Assembly: GCA_035572475.1 (NCBI GenBank)
Contig: DATNAP010000045.1
Coordinates: 22,399-86,398 of the forward strand
Reading direction: 5' to 3'
Source of the DNA: Conexibacter sp.
GTDB lineage: Bacteria > Actinomycetota > Thermoleophilia > Solirubrobacterales > Solirubrobacteraceae
DNA length: 64,000 bases
Below the pieces are notes generated by a model. That model ran no database searches. It had not been told where the DNA came from and saw nothing but the letters and a program-made list of their open reading frames with translations. A program made the translations under genes and the position numbers. Each line of letters begins with the position of its first letter. The stretch's first letter is position 1. Positions 49,374 to 58,426 of the stretch are shown here, in pieces.

Positions 49374-50302
49374 CGATGCGCGCCAGTGGTCGAGCCGAGC
49401 CAGTCCGCGGGCGTATCCGGGTCGGCGAGCGTGCGGCAGATCGGCGCGAACGGTCCACGAGCCGCGAGGTCTTCGAGCAGGCAGACCGTTATCTCGACCT
49501 CGGGCGTGGCGCGCAGCTCGTCGTCCGCGCGCGCGAGGTGCAGCACGTCGTCTCGGCGTCGTTCGAGCGCTGCCCGTTCGAGCTGTCCGTCGAGCACGAC
49601 GAGCACGCCGGGGAACACCGGATACGAGCGTCGCCACAGCGGCGCCGGCTCGTCGTCGGCTCGCGCCGGATCGGGCGGGGCGAACTCGTAGAGGCGGGCG
49701 TACCGCGCGAGCTTCGCGGACAGGTGCTCGACTTGGATCGTCGCCCGGTCCAGCTCAAGCAGCCGGTAGTGATAGGCGCTCGGCCCGTCGTCGTCGTGAA
49801 GCTGGTAAGTCAGCAGCGCGTCCGCGATCAGCCGCTCGGCCGGCTGGTGGCCGCGCCGCTCGCTGAGCGGGTGCGCGATCTCGTGGCGCCACGCGAACGG
49901 CCCGCACTCGTGACCGAGTGCCCGTGCCGCCCGAACGAACGCGAGGCCCACGTCGTTGACCGCGAGCGTGTGCGCTTGGAGCGGCCCGGCCGCTTGCTCG
50001 GGCAGGATGACCTTTCGCCGCTGCTCGGCGCGGCTCGGGATCGTCTCGACGGCATCGGCGCCGCGCTCGGTCAAGTACCACAGGCCGAGCCCACCGGGCG
50101 CGCGAGTCACCGCGACCAACCCCACCTGCAGGAGTCGCCCGAGCACCTTCCGCGTCCATCGATCCGATGCGCCGGGCGTGTGCAGCTCGTGTATCTGCAC
50201 CGTGGAGAGCAGGCGATGTTGGTAGAGGCTTTCGAGGATCGTCACGGTGGACAGGCCGAGCCGCGCGACCGCTACCGGAGGGAGGCGCCGGCGCCCGGTC
50301 AT
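49370..50302 (-). CDS. Replication-relaxation (Replic_Relax) family relaxase
   Basis: N-terminal wHTH LYQHRLLST.Q, WYLT..G, HTLAVN, ADA...ELDRAT nuclease-like motif. Confidence 0.85.
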   Translation of the reverse strand: MTGRRRLPPVAVARLGLSTVTILESLYQHRLLSTVQIHELHTPGASDRWTRKVLGRLLQVGLVAVTRAPGGLGLWYLTERGADAVETIPSRAEQRRKVILPEQAAGPLQAHTLAVNDVGLAFVRAARALGHECGPFAWRHEIAHPLSERRGHQPAERLIADALLTYQLHDDDGPSAYHYRLLELDRATIQVEHLSAKLARYARLYEFAPPDPARADDEPAPLWRRSYPVFPGVLVVLDGQLERAALERRRDDVLHLARADDELRATPEVEITVCLLEDLAARGPFAPICRTLADPDTPADWLGSTTGAHR

Positions 50303-52395
50303 CGATCCGCCTCGGGGATGAACGGGCCGGTGGGCGCGCGGCGCTCGCGCGGACGGCGCCGAAGGTGATCGCGGATGCGCTGGTCGTGCTCGTCAAGCAC
50401 GCGCAGCGTGGCGCCGATCGGCCGGCGGGCGACGGTCCGGTCTATGGCGGCTTCGAGTGCGGCCAGCTCGTCATCGGCGACCGGCTCGGGGTAGAGGTCT
50501 TCGAGCGCTACCCCGTGGATGAGGAACGGCGGGCTGGCCTGTCCGGCCAGCGTCACCGAGTCCAAGTACGTGTAGCGCTCGAGACGGGTAATCGCGGCGG
50601 GATCGATCATGCCCGCCCACTCACGGGCGATCAGCGCGGCGCCCTTCGCGTTGAGCGCCGCCGTCGCCAGGTGCGAGCGGTTCGTGCTGACGGCGTTCCA
50701 CGTCTCCGACGTGATGCGCTCGGGGTTCTGGTTGAACAGGAAGCAGCGCATCCCGTACTTCGCCGTCTGCTCCAGCAGCGCGGCGAGGTTGCCCGACGAC
50801 GCGCCGTCGTAGGTCTGGACCTCATCGAAGAACGCGAAGAACGGCCGGCGCCGGTCGGGCGCCAGCTCGGCGCGCGTCTTCGCGGCGTGCAGGAGGTCAT
50901 AGACCATGAAGTTGGCGAGCAGCCGGTCGCGCGCCGAGCCGTAGCCGGGGCAGGCGAGCACGATCAGCCCGCGATCCATCGCTGCGCGCGCGTCGTAGCT
51001 GGAGGTCGGCGAGCCGAGCAGCGCCGCGACGGCCGGCGCGAGCCGCAGCCGATCGATCAGGTTCGTGACGGGCGTGATCGCTTCCGAGCTGAGGCGCGGG
51101 AACCGCTGCGTAAAGAACTCGCGCGTGGCTGGCGCGACGTGCGGCAGCACGGCGGCGCGCCACTCGTCGTTAGCGAGCAGCGTCGGTATCTGGAAGATCG
51201 TCGGCGCCAGCTCGGCCGGCAGCCGGGCGGCCAGCTCTACGAGGGCCTTCGTCGCCTGCGTGGTGAGGTTGAGCGCGCGCGTGTTCGTCTCGTCCCAGCG
51301 CAGCGCGGAGGCGAACGCATCGACTACGGCGTCCACCTGCGCGTAGGCCGGACGACCGTGGACCGCAAGGAGGTTCCAGCCCGGCTGACAGTCGGCGTGC
51401 TCGGCGAGGTTGATCTCGACCACGCGCTCGCGCAGGCCCTCACGCGCGAGGTAGCGCTTGACTCGGGCGATGGCGTCGGCGTGCGGGTCCAAGAAGAAGC
51501 AGCCGTGTCCGTTGCGCGCCAGGTGTGCGAACTGCCCCAGCGCCGTCTCCGTCTTGCCGTAGCGCGAGCGCCCGGCCATGTAGGCGAAGAACGTCCCTTC
51601 GATCGGCACGCCGACGAAGCGCTCGCCGTCCTCGGTCGCGACCGTGCCGAGCGGCAGCAGCTCGCGTTGACCGCGGAAGGTCGGCAGGCCGGGCGGCGGC
51701 GGCGGGATGACCCCGCCCGAGCGCAGCACGTTCGGCGCCGCGCAGGTGACGGTGGGCGGCTTGAGCAAGCCGGCGATCTCCGTCGCGGTCACGACCCGCC
51801 GACGCGCGGGACGGAACAGCCCCGTTCGCATCCGCCGGTCGAAGCGCCGCCGCCGCCACGGCATATCGGCGCCCAGGAACACGGCCCCGCCGGGCAGCCG
51901 CAGCCCGGACGCTCGAAAGTGGTTCTCGCCGTCCCAGGCGTCGAAGGCGGCGAGCAGCCCGTCGATCGTCAGCTTCGCTCGACCGGCGGAGGTCGAGCGC
52001 ACGCGAAGCAGAACTTGGATCGCGAACAGCGGCTCGGGCGCGCCGAGCTTCGACGTGAGCGCGCGCTGTCCCGAGCGCCGCTCGACCAGCTCAGCAGGCG
52101 CGGCACGGCCACGGCCCCCGCCGTCGAGGTCGAGCACGTCGGCCAGCTCGCGCCGGCCGGGGTCGCCGTGCTGATCGCGGCGAGCGTCGCGCAGCATCCG
52201 GCGCCGCAGTCGGCGGCGCCCGGCCGGAGTGAGCGGCAGGAGGTCCACGCACACGCGGCCGTCGTCGCCGTGTTCGGGATGAAGCGACGCGAGGGCGCGC
52301 GCAAAGCCGGCGAGCGGGTCGGGGTCGAGCCCGGCCGGGTGAAGCGGCTCGACGCTCGGGCGCGCGAGCACCAGCTCGGCGCGCACGGTCGTCAT
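50299..52395 (-). CDS. VirD4/TraD-like coupling ATPase (no N-terminal TM)
   Basis: Walker A GRSRYGKT, FLDPH, Walker B FFDEVQ, KYG...NQ. Confidence 0.85.
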   Translation of the reverse strand: MTTVRAELVLARPSVEPLHPAGLDPDPLAGFARALASLHPEHGDDGRVCVDLLPLTPAGRRRLRRRMLRDARRDQHGDPGRRELADVLDLDGGGRGRAAPAELVERRSGQRALTSKLGAPEPLFAIQVLLRVRSTSAGRAKLTIDGLLAAFDAWDGENHFRASGLRLPGGAVFLGADMPWRRRRFDRRMRTGLFRPARRRVVTATEIAGLLKPPTVTCAAPNVLRSGGVIPPPPPGLPTFRGQRELLPLGTVATEDGERFVGVPIEGTFFAYMAGRSRYGKTETALGQFAHLARNGHGCFFLDPHADAIARVKRYLAREGLRERVVEINLAEHADCQPGWNLLAVHGRPAYAQVDAVVDAFASALRWDETNTRALNLTTQATKALVELAARLPAELAPTIFQIPTLLANDEWRAAVLPHVAPATREFFTQRFPRLSSEAITPVTNLIDRLRLAPAVAALLGSPTSSYDARAAMDRGLIVLACPGYGSARDRLLANFMVYDLLHAAKTRAELAPDRRRPFFAFFDEVQTYDGASSGNLAALLEQTAKYGMRCFLFNQNPERITSETWNAVSTNRSHLATAALNAKGAALIAREWAGMIDPAAITRLERYTYLDSVTLAGQASPPFLIHGVALEDLYPEPVADDELAALEAAIDRTVARRPIGATLRVLDEHDQRIRDHLRRRPRERRAPTGPFIPEADR

Positions 52396-52895
52396 CGAGC
52401 CACGTCCTCGGGATCGGTCGGCGCGATCTCGCGCAGCTCGGCGGCGCCGTACGCGCTCGCCGCCGTGCGCAGCGCCGCGCGCGCGTGCGCGGGCAGCTCG
52501 ACGACGTAGCGCAGCCGGCCGTCCGCGTCGGTGTCGAGCTGCACGCGCACGGCGCTCGCGGGCGCGTCGAAGAAGCCCGCGAGCAGCCGTCGCGAGCGCA
52601 CGAGCCCGGCCGCGAAGCGAGCGACCGCCTCGGGCGTCGGCGCGAAGGTGTCCGCCGGAAGGAGCAAGTAGCGAACGCGGTGCCGTAGGGCACGACGGAC
52701 GACGAGGCGACGGACGAGGAGCAGCGCGACGAGCCCGACCAGGGCAGTACCGGCGAGCACGGGCACGAGCGGGGAGCGCGCCAGCTCGAAGGCAGCGCCC
52801 AGCCAGCGCCCCGCGTGAGTTACCACGGTGATGACGAGCAGCGCCCCGGCGGCGAGGAGCAGCGGCAGCACGTCTCTGCGTTCGGAGCCGCGCAT
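52392..52895 (-). CDS. Membrane protein, probable split N-terminal anchor of the coupling protein
   Basis: Two N-terminal TM helices plus a soluble domain; ATGA-coupled to the ATPase. Confidence 0.6.
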   Translation of the reverse strand: MRGSERRDVLPLLLAAGALLVITVVTHAGRWLGAAFELARSPLVPVLAGTALVGLVALLLVRRLVVRRALRHRVRYLLLPADTFAPTPEAVARFAAGLVRSRRLLAGFFDAPASAVRVQLDTDADGRLRYVVELPAHARAALRTAASAYGAAELREIAPTDPEDVAR

Positions 52896-52901
52896 TTTGA
52901 G

Positions 52902-53072
52902 TTACCACCCGCTGCGCGGGTAGTTGTCGGAAAACGCGACCGCCTCAAATCGTCTGCTGGACCGGCGATTGCGCGCGGTCGCCGACCAACTCGCCGGAAC
53001 CACAGGCGGAACCGCAGACGGAACGACAGACGGAACCACAGGCGGAACCGCAGACGGAACCCGCGAGGTCAT
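52902..53072 (-). CDS. 56-aa VP(S/P)x-repeat peptide, possibly only a coupling ORF over a DNA repeat
   Basis: ATGA-coupled to the MTase; MTSRVPSAVPPVVPSVVPSAVPPVVP... Confidence 0.35.
   Translation of the reverse strand: MTSRVPSAVPPVVPSVVPSAVPPVVPASWSATARNRRSSRRFEAVAFSDNYPRSGW
52995..53061. repeat. 5.5 x 12-bp tandem repeat (consensus CGGAACCRCAGR)
   Basis: cggaaccacagg cggaaccgcaga cggaacgacaga cggaaccacagg cggaaccgcaga cggaacc. Confidence 0.9.
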
Positions 53073-54283
53073 CTGTCCTCCCGCATCGCGGCTGCCAGCA
53101 CGCGCCGCGCGACGGGCGGGCAGACGGCGTTTCCAATCTGGCGGAACTGCTGGTGACGCGACCCCTGCCAGGGGTAGTTACGGCGGAAGCCCTGGAGCAC
53201 CGTCGCCTGCTCCACTGTGACGCGCGCCGCGCGCGTTCCCGAGCGGGAGTCATAGCGGCCGGGCGGATCGGTGGCGTTCGCTTTGTGACCCGGCGGCTGG
53301 ATGCGACGATCGCCGAGGACCGTCGTCGCCGGCCGTTCGTGAACCCAGATCGGCTGACCGTGCGCGAGGCCGGACGCTACGAGCGTGAACGACGGAAGGT
53401 CGATCCCGCGAACGCGCGCGGCGCCTTGCCGTGGGTGCAGACCGGCCGGCGTCGTGCTGTCGGTCGGGATCGGCTCGAACGTCCACGCCCCGCACGAGCA
53501 GTCGAGCGTGAAGGCGGGTCGATTCAGCTCGCGGGAGGCGCCGCCCGGGTTTCTGCCATAGCTCGTGTTCGCGTGGGTGCGTGCCACGCCCGGCCGTCTC
53601 CAGCCAAGCGCCTTCCCCATGCTGACCCAAGGCCGCAGGTGACGCTCACCCTCGCGGACTTCATGCGGGTTGCGCGGGTTGTACGAGCGATGCGTCGGCG
53701 CTGGCAGCTCGACCGGCCCGTCAAGCGACGCGATCAGGAACGCGCGCTTGCGCGTCTGCGCCACGCCGTACTGCTCGGCGCTCAGCACTCCGGCGGTCGC
53801 GTGGTAGCCGTGCGTCGCGAGCAGGCCGACGAAGATCGTCCACAGCTCCAGTGCGGGCGGGACTTGTTCGAGCGCGATCCAGCGGGGCCGCAGCGCGAGC
53901 GCCCAGCGCAGCGGCTCGACGGTCAGCAGCGAGCGCGGGTCGCGGCAGGCGGTGGCGTGTTCGGCGCGGGTGTCGGCGCCGGCCGCCAGCTCATGCGCGC
54001 ACGCGATGACGTGCGGCTTGTCGAAGCGGCCAAGGTTCTTCCCGGCGGTCGAGTACGCCTGACACGGCGGCGAGCCGATCAGCCCCCACAGCGGGGCGAA
54101 CTCCATCGGATCGAGCGCCGCCACGTCGGCGAGCCGGCGAGCGTGGCCGGCCGCCTCGCCGGTCGCGCACGCGAGCTGGTCGAACTCGACGCCGACCGCC
54201 TCGTGCCCGAGCTGGCGAAGGCCCTCGTCCCAGCCGCCGGCGCCAGCGAACAGGTCAACGATCCCGCCGCGTCGATCAGCCAT
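53069..54283 (-). CDS. C5 cytosine DNA methyltransferase
   Basis: DLFAGAGG, SPPCQ, EQV, Q.RKRAF, QGF, QIGNAV. Confidence 0.92.
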   Translation of the reverse strand: MADRRGGIVDLFAGAGGWDEGLRQLGHEAVGVEFDQLACATGEAAGHARRLADVAALDPMEFAPLWGLIGSPPCQAYSTAGKNLGRFDKPHVIACAHELAAGADTRAEHATACRDPRSLLTVEPLRWALALRPRWIALEQVPPALELWTIFVGLLATHGYHATAGVLSAEQYGVAQTRKRAFLIASLDGPVELPAPTHRSYNPRNPHEVREGERHLRPWVSMGKALGWRRPGVARTHANTSYGRNPGGASRELNRPAFTLDCSCGAWTFEPIPTDSTTPAGLHPRQGAARVRGIDLPSFTLVASGLAHGQPIWVHERPATTVLGDRRIQPPGHKANATDPPGRYDSRSGTRAARVTVEQATVLQGFRRNYPWQGSRHQQFRQIGNAVCPPVARRVLAAAMREDR

Positions 54284-55556
54284 GCTGACCCCCGGCGCCG
54301 CTCGTCTGGAAGACGTCGATCCAGGTTGGCGGAAAGTAGGTCGTCCGCGGCTGGTTCTCCGGCTCGCCGCTGCTCGCGCTCGTCAACCAGCTCAGGTGCA
54401 GGTGCGGCGTCGAGCAGAGGCAGCCGACCGGATCGCCGTGGTTGGGGAAGCCGTTGTAACCGATGAAGCGGAACGGCGGCCTTGCACACGCCGGCGCGAC
54501 GCCGCTCGCCGCGCACCCCTCCTGCCATCCGAGGTCGTGCGCGAGTCTCAGCGTTCGGTTCCAGTCTCCATCCGCTGGCACGAGATCGGTCGCCGCGCCG
54601 AGCGGGTGCTCGCCGCTCAGGCTGTGGATTCCGAAGCAGGCGGTCACCAGCACGCCGTAACGGCGTGCGAGCGCGATCACGTCGGGCACGATCCGCGCGT
54701 CGCACTCCTGGGGCGCGAAGCCGGGCGCGACGATGGAGGCGGGCAGGGGCGCGAGACGGCGGGGCGCGCGCAGCTTGACGACCGGGCCGAGCTTGCCCGA
54801 GCCAACCAGGAGCCCGTCGCCGCTGCACTCACTCGATGCGACCGGCTGGCTGGCGCCGGTCGCCGGCTCAGCCGCTCTCGGATCGCTCGGGGTCGGCGCG
54901 CCGGGACCGTGGAAGCCGTAGCGCACGGCCCGCTGCATGACCTCGTTCGCGTAGTTCGCTACGGCGTCGGCGCAGGCGCCGTAATAGCGACACGCGGCCT
55001 CGTGGTACGCGGCGTAGCTGCCGCCGGTCGGCGGCGCGCCCTTGTCGAAGCGCAGCAGCCGCGCCGCCGTGAAGATCGCATCGGCAGGGTCGTTGACATC
55101 CGTGCGGCCGTCGCCGTCGCCGTCCGTCTTGAAGCGGTCCCACTCGGTAGGACCCGCCCCTGGACTGCACGGGCTGCCGGGCACGAACGCGATTTGCATA
55201 GGCCCGCCGCAGCCCGAGCCGTTGTCGCCCGCGCATGAGCCGTGCCCGCACTCCTGCGCGCCGATGCTGGCGACGAATGTCCAATCGATGTCGAAGCGCC
55301 GGCCGGCGCGCTGATAGATCAGGAGCCGAGCCGGCGGGATCTCCGCGACGGCCGCGCGCGACGGCGACGGCCCGGCCGACCCTCCGGTTCCAAGACATCC
55401 GAAGCTGCCGCCCCCGAGCGCGAGCACGAACGCGAACATCGCGACGACGACCAAGCCGACAACCACGAGCGGCGCGAGCCACACGACCCGACGCGAGGTG
55501 CCGGCGCGGTCGTCGCGGCGCAGCTCGCGCGCGTGCTGGAGCAGTCCGAGCAGCAC
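54276..55556 (-). CDS. Conjugative murein hydrolase: lysozyme/SLT-like domain plus LAS-type peptidase domain
   Basis: TM anchor; IGAQE...GPMQ...DPADAIFTAARLL; C-terminal H-x6-D (HPLGAATD) and HLH. Confidence 0.78.
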   Translation of the reverse strand: MLLGLLQHARELRRDDRAGTSRRVVWLAPLVVVGLVVVAMFAFVLALGGGSFGCLGTGGSAGPSPSRAAVAEIPPARLLIYQRAGRRFDIDWTFVASIGAQECGHGSCAGDNGSGCGGPMQIAFVPGSPCSPGAGPTEWDRFKTDGDGDGRTDVNDPADAIFTAARLLRFDKGAPPTGGSYAAYHEAACRYYGACADAVANYANEVMQRAVRYGFHGPGAPTPSDPRAAEPATGASQPVASSECSGDGLLVGSGKLGPVVKLRAPRRLAPLPASIVAPGFAPQECDARIVPDVIALARRYGVLVTACFGIHSLSGEHPLGAATDLVPADGDWNRTLRLAHDLGWQEGCAASGVAPACARPPFRFIGYNGFPNHGDPVGCLCSTPHLHLSWLTSASSGEPENQPRTTYFPPTWIDVFQTSGAGGQHG

Positions 55557-55562
55557 GCCGCC

Positions 55563-56111
55563 TCAGTCCTCCCCGAGCTGCACGACGACGGCGCGGCCGG
55601 TCGGACGCTGCTCGACCACCAGCTCGACCGGATAGCGCGCGCCGCCGCCGTCCGCGATCGTCGCCGTGAGCACCCACCGGGACCGGCTCGCGAGCTGGTG
55701 GCCGCTGAGGGTGACGACGTGCGGATGACGGCGCCGCATCGCTGGCGAGACGCGCGGGGGACGGCTGGCGAGGCTGCGCCCGAGCGCCGAGCTCGCGGCG
55801 CGGAACGTCCGCCCGCGCGCATGGCCGTAGAGGTAGGGCAAGTAGTCCTGCAGGAATCGCCGACTGGCAGCAATGACGACCGATGGCGGTCGGATCGGCG
55901 CCGCCGCGGTGGGCGGCGGCGGCATCGTCAGCGGGGCCGACGACGTGCTCGCGGGCGACGACGGCGCCGCCGCTCGCTCGTCGCGAGGCGGAGCGACGAG
56001 CATCAGCGCCACGGCCGCGAGCAGCAGCACGACGGCGGCGGCGGCGAACGCTCGGCCGCGCTCCCGGTCGGAGATCGGCCGCGCGAGAAGCTGACTCAGA
56101 CGCTCGCGCAT
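55563..56111 (-). CDS. Single-TM conjugation protein (VirB8/NTF2-like candidate)
   Basis: TM, Pro-rich linker, alpha/beta domain; inside the tra string. Confidence 0.55.
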   Translation of the reverse strand: MRERLSQLLARPISDRERGRAFAAAAVVLLLAAVALMLVAPPRDERAAAPSSPASTSSAPLTMPPPPTAAAPIRPPSVVIAASRRFLQDYLPYLYGHARGRTFRAASSALGRSLASRPPRVSPAMRRRHPHVVTLSGHQLASRSRWVLTATIADGGGARYPVELVVEQRPTGRAVVVQLGED

Positions 56112-58426
56112 CAGGACGCGCCCTCCGGGTCGCCGTCGAGGGTCGGAGCGCTCGCCGGCTCGACGGGCGCCTCATGCAGTCGGCTCGGCGGCGGCGTCCG
56201 TGTCGGCGGCGTCGTGGACGTGCGCGCCGACACAGACCGAGGCGCGCGCTCCGGCCCGTCGTGCAGCCGGCGCGCGTCGTCGGTCAGCGATTGCCGAAGC
56301 GGGCTTTCCTGCGCCACGTCCCGGCCGCTGGAGCTGGTGCCGCCGTCGTGCAGCTCGGGCGCGCTTCGCGCAGGCTCCGCGCGCGTCGCGTCGGCCACCG
56401 CCGCGCGCGCTCCGGCAGTCGCCGTCGTCGTGCCCGGTCTGCTGCTCGTGCGCGTCGCGCTGGTTCTGCTCGTCGCCGAGCTGGAATCGGGCAGCTCGAG
56501 ACTTGGGGCGCTGTGCGCGTCGGCCGGCGCGTCGGCGTCGCGCGCGTCGCCGTAGCGCAGCTCGCCGCCGTCGATCGGCTGGCCGGCGGCGTCGCTCGGC
56601 TGACGAGCGTCGTCGTGCGGCGGGCCGGCGTCGGCGCCATCGGGGCGCGCAGGATCGGGCGGGCGCGGCGAGCCGTCGCGTCCGCTGGGCGTCGGGCCGG
56701 ACGGCGCCGGTCCCTCTCCGTCGTCGGAGCGCGGCGGCGGCTCGGGCGCAGCATCGCCGCCGCTGTCTGACGGTCCCCCTCCGCCACGTCGGCGCCCACC
56801 GGCAGCGCCGCCGTCGTGACCGCCGCCGCTGCTGCCGCCGGTCGCGGCCTTGGCCTGCCGTTGGGCGAAGCGAGCCGCAACGGCCGCGATCACGGCGGCA
56901 CGGCCGAGCCCGTCCGACTCGACGCGCCCGTGCCCGGTCGCTACGTGGCTGAGCCCGCCGACGAGCTGCTTGCGCTGGAGGAGAACCGTCCAGTAGAAGA
57001 CGGCTTGAAGCCCGAACGCGAGCAGCCAGCCGAGATTGGAGGTCGCGTCCGCGAGCGCGCCCGAGACGGTGAGCAGCACCGCGAGAACAAGGCTGTAGAC
57101 GGCCTTGCGCAGCAGGAAGGAGCCCAAGCGCGAGAGCCATCCGAGAAACCACTCATGGCCGCGTCCGGGGAAGACGCCGACGACGAGCGCGACCGGCGCG
57201 AACGCGAGCAGCAGGAGCACGAGCACCTGCGCGAGCACGACGGCGACGGACACGGAGCCGAGCAGCAGAAATGCCCCAAGCTCGCCGACGAAGACGACGA
57301 CGGCGAGCAGCAGCCGTTGGTACTGGCCGCCCTTTCCCATCGCGTCGGCGGCTGGCTTGTCGGCGTCGCCGAGCTGGTAGCTGCCGTCTGCCTTGGCGGG
57401 GTCGGCGTCGGGAAGCTTCCCCGTGTCGCCGTCGTGGAGCGCGTCGTACTCGGCGTTCCGTTCGTCCGTCTCCGGCGCGAAGCGCAGGAAGTGGCTTGCG
57501 TACTTGTTGCGGTTGTTGATGCAGACCTTCCCGTCGGCCTGCACCTGCGTTCCGGTGGCGAGCCGTTGCGCGAGCGCGGCGTCGCGGCTGGGGTCGCGCG
57601 AGAGCGGCCGGACGGGGACTGAGCGCTGGTCGTCACCCGAGCCGGTGACGCAATGCTCCAGGCCGCCGAAGTTCAAGACGGCCCACGGCTCGTAGACAAG
57701 CAGCGAAAAGAGCTGATCGGCGTCGGCCTGCTTGGCCTGCTGCTCGCTTCCGAGGCTTCCGTGGTTCGAGAGCGCGAGGAACGCCGCCGACATCTGGTTT
57801 GTCAGGCGGCTGGCCTGACCGATGATCTCCGGGCGCGCGACGAACGCGAGCGCGATCACCACGAACAGGACGGAGAGCCCGAGCGCGCCGGCCGTCTCCG
57901 CATACCTCCGGCGCACGAGGGCGTTCCACATCGCCCACAGCCCGGCGAGCAGAATCGCGACGACGAGCCACGGCTCCCCGAACGTGTCGCGGTAGATCGA
58001 GCGCACCGCGACGCCGACCGGCGCCAGCGCTCCAGCGCCGCCGGTCGCGCTCGACCCGTTCACGAGATCGAGCGAGAACGCGAACGTAAAGAGGGTGATG
58101 AGCGCGTTGGCGAGGAACGCCGTCAGCTCCCACACCAGCTCGGCGAGAAACCAGGCGATCGTCGGCGGGATGCCCGAGACGTCCACGCCCGAGAGCACGC
58201 CGGCATCGACCGCCGAGAAGTGGTGATCCAGCGTGTAGTTGCCGAGCGGGTAGGCGTTGGTCAGAGAGCCGCCGGGGAGTTGGGAGGCGGGCGCGACGTT
58301 CGAGAGTGCGTCGCTGGCGAGCGCGACCGGGTACGCGAGCAGCACGAACAACACGCCGAGCCCGACGACGACGGCTCGGCGGCGGGTCAGCCGCGGACGC
58401 CTCTCGATCAACCCGCGCACGCTCAT
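56111..58426 (-). CDS. TcpH/VirB6-like polytopic membrane protein with disordered C-tail
   Basis: Multiple TMs, large extracellular loop, PW...FG motif, ~230-aa low-complexity tail. Confidence 0.78.
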   Translation of the reverse strand: MSVRGLIERRPRLTRRRAVVVGLGVLFVLLAYPVALASDALSNVAPASQLPGGSLTNAYPLGNYTLDHHFSAVDAGVLSGVDVSGIPPTIAWFLAELVWELTAFLANALITLFTFAFSLDLVNGSSATGGAGALAPVGVAVRSIYRDTFGEPWLVVAILLAGLWAMWNALVRRRYAETAGALGLSVLFVVIALAFVARPEIIGQASRLTNQMSAAFLALSNHGSLGSEQQAKQADADQLFSLLVYEPWAVLNFGGLEHCVTGSGDDQRSVPVRPLSRDPSRDAALAQRLATGTQVQADGKVCINNRNKYASHFLRFAPETDERNAEYDALHDGDTGKLPDADPAKADGSYQLGDADKPAADAMGKGGQYQRLLLAVVVFVGELGAFLLLGSVSVAVVLAQVLVLLLLAFAPVALVVGVFPGRGHEWFLGWLSRLGSFLLRKAVYSLVLAVLLTVSGALADATSNLGWLLAFGLQAVFYWTVLLQRKQLVGGLSHVATGHGRVESDGLGRAAVIAAVAARFAQRQAKAATGGSSGGGHDGGAAGGRRRGGGGPSDSGGDAAPEPPPRSDDGEGPAPSGPTPSGRDGSPRPPDPARPDGADAGPPHDDARQPSDAAGQPIDGGELRYGDARDADAPADAHSAPSLELPDSSSATSRTSATRTSSRPGTTTATAGARAAVADATRAEPARSAPELHDGGTSSSGRDVAQESPLRQSLTDDARRLHDGPERAPRSVSARTSTTPPTRTPPPSRLHEAPVEPASAPTLDGDPEGAS

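Noticed and set aside
52995-53061. Possible CRISPR array
   Set aside because: Contiguous 12-bp units with no spacers, and no cas genes in the window.
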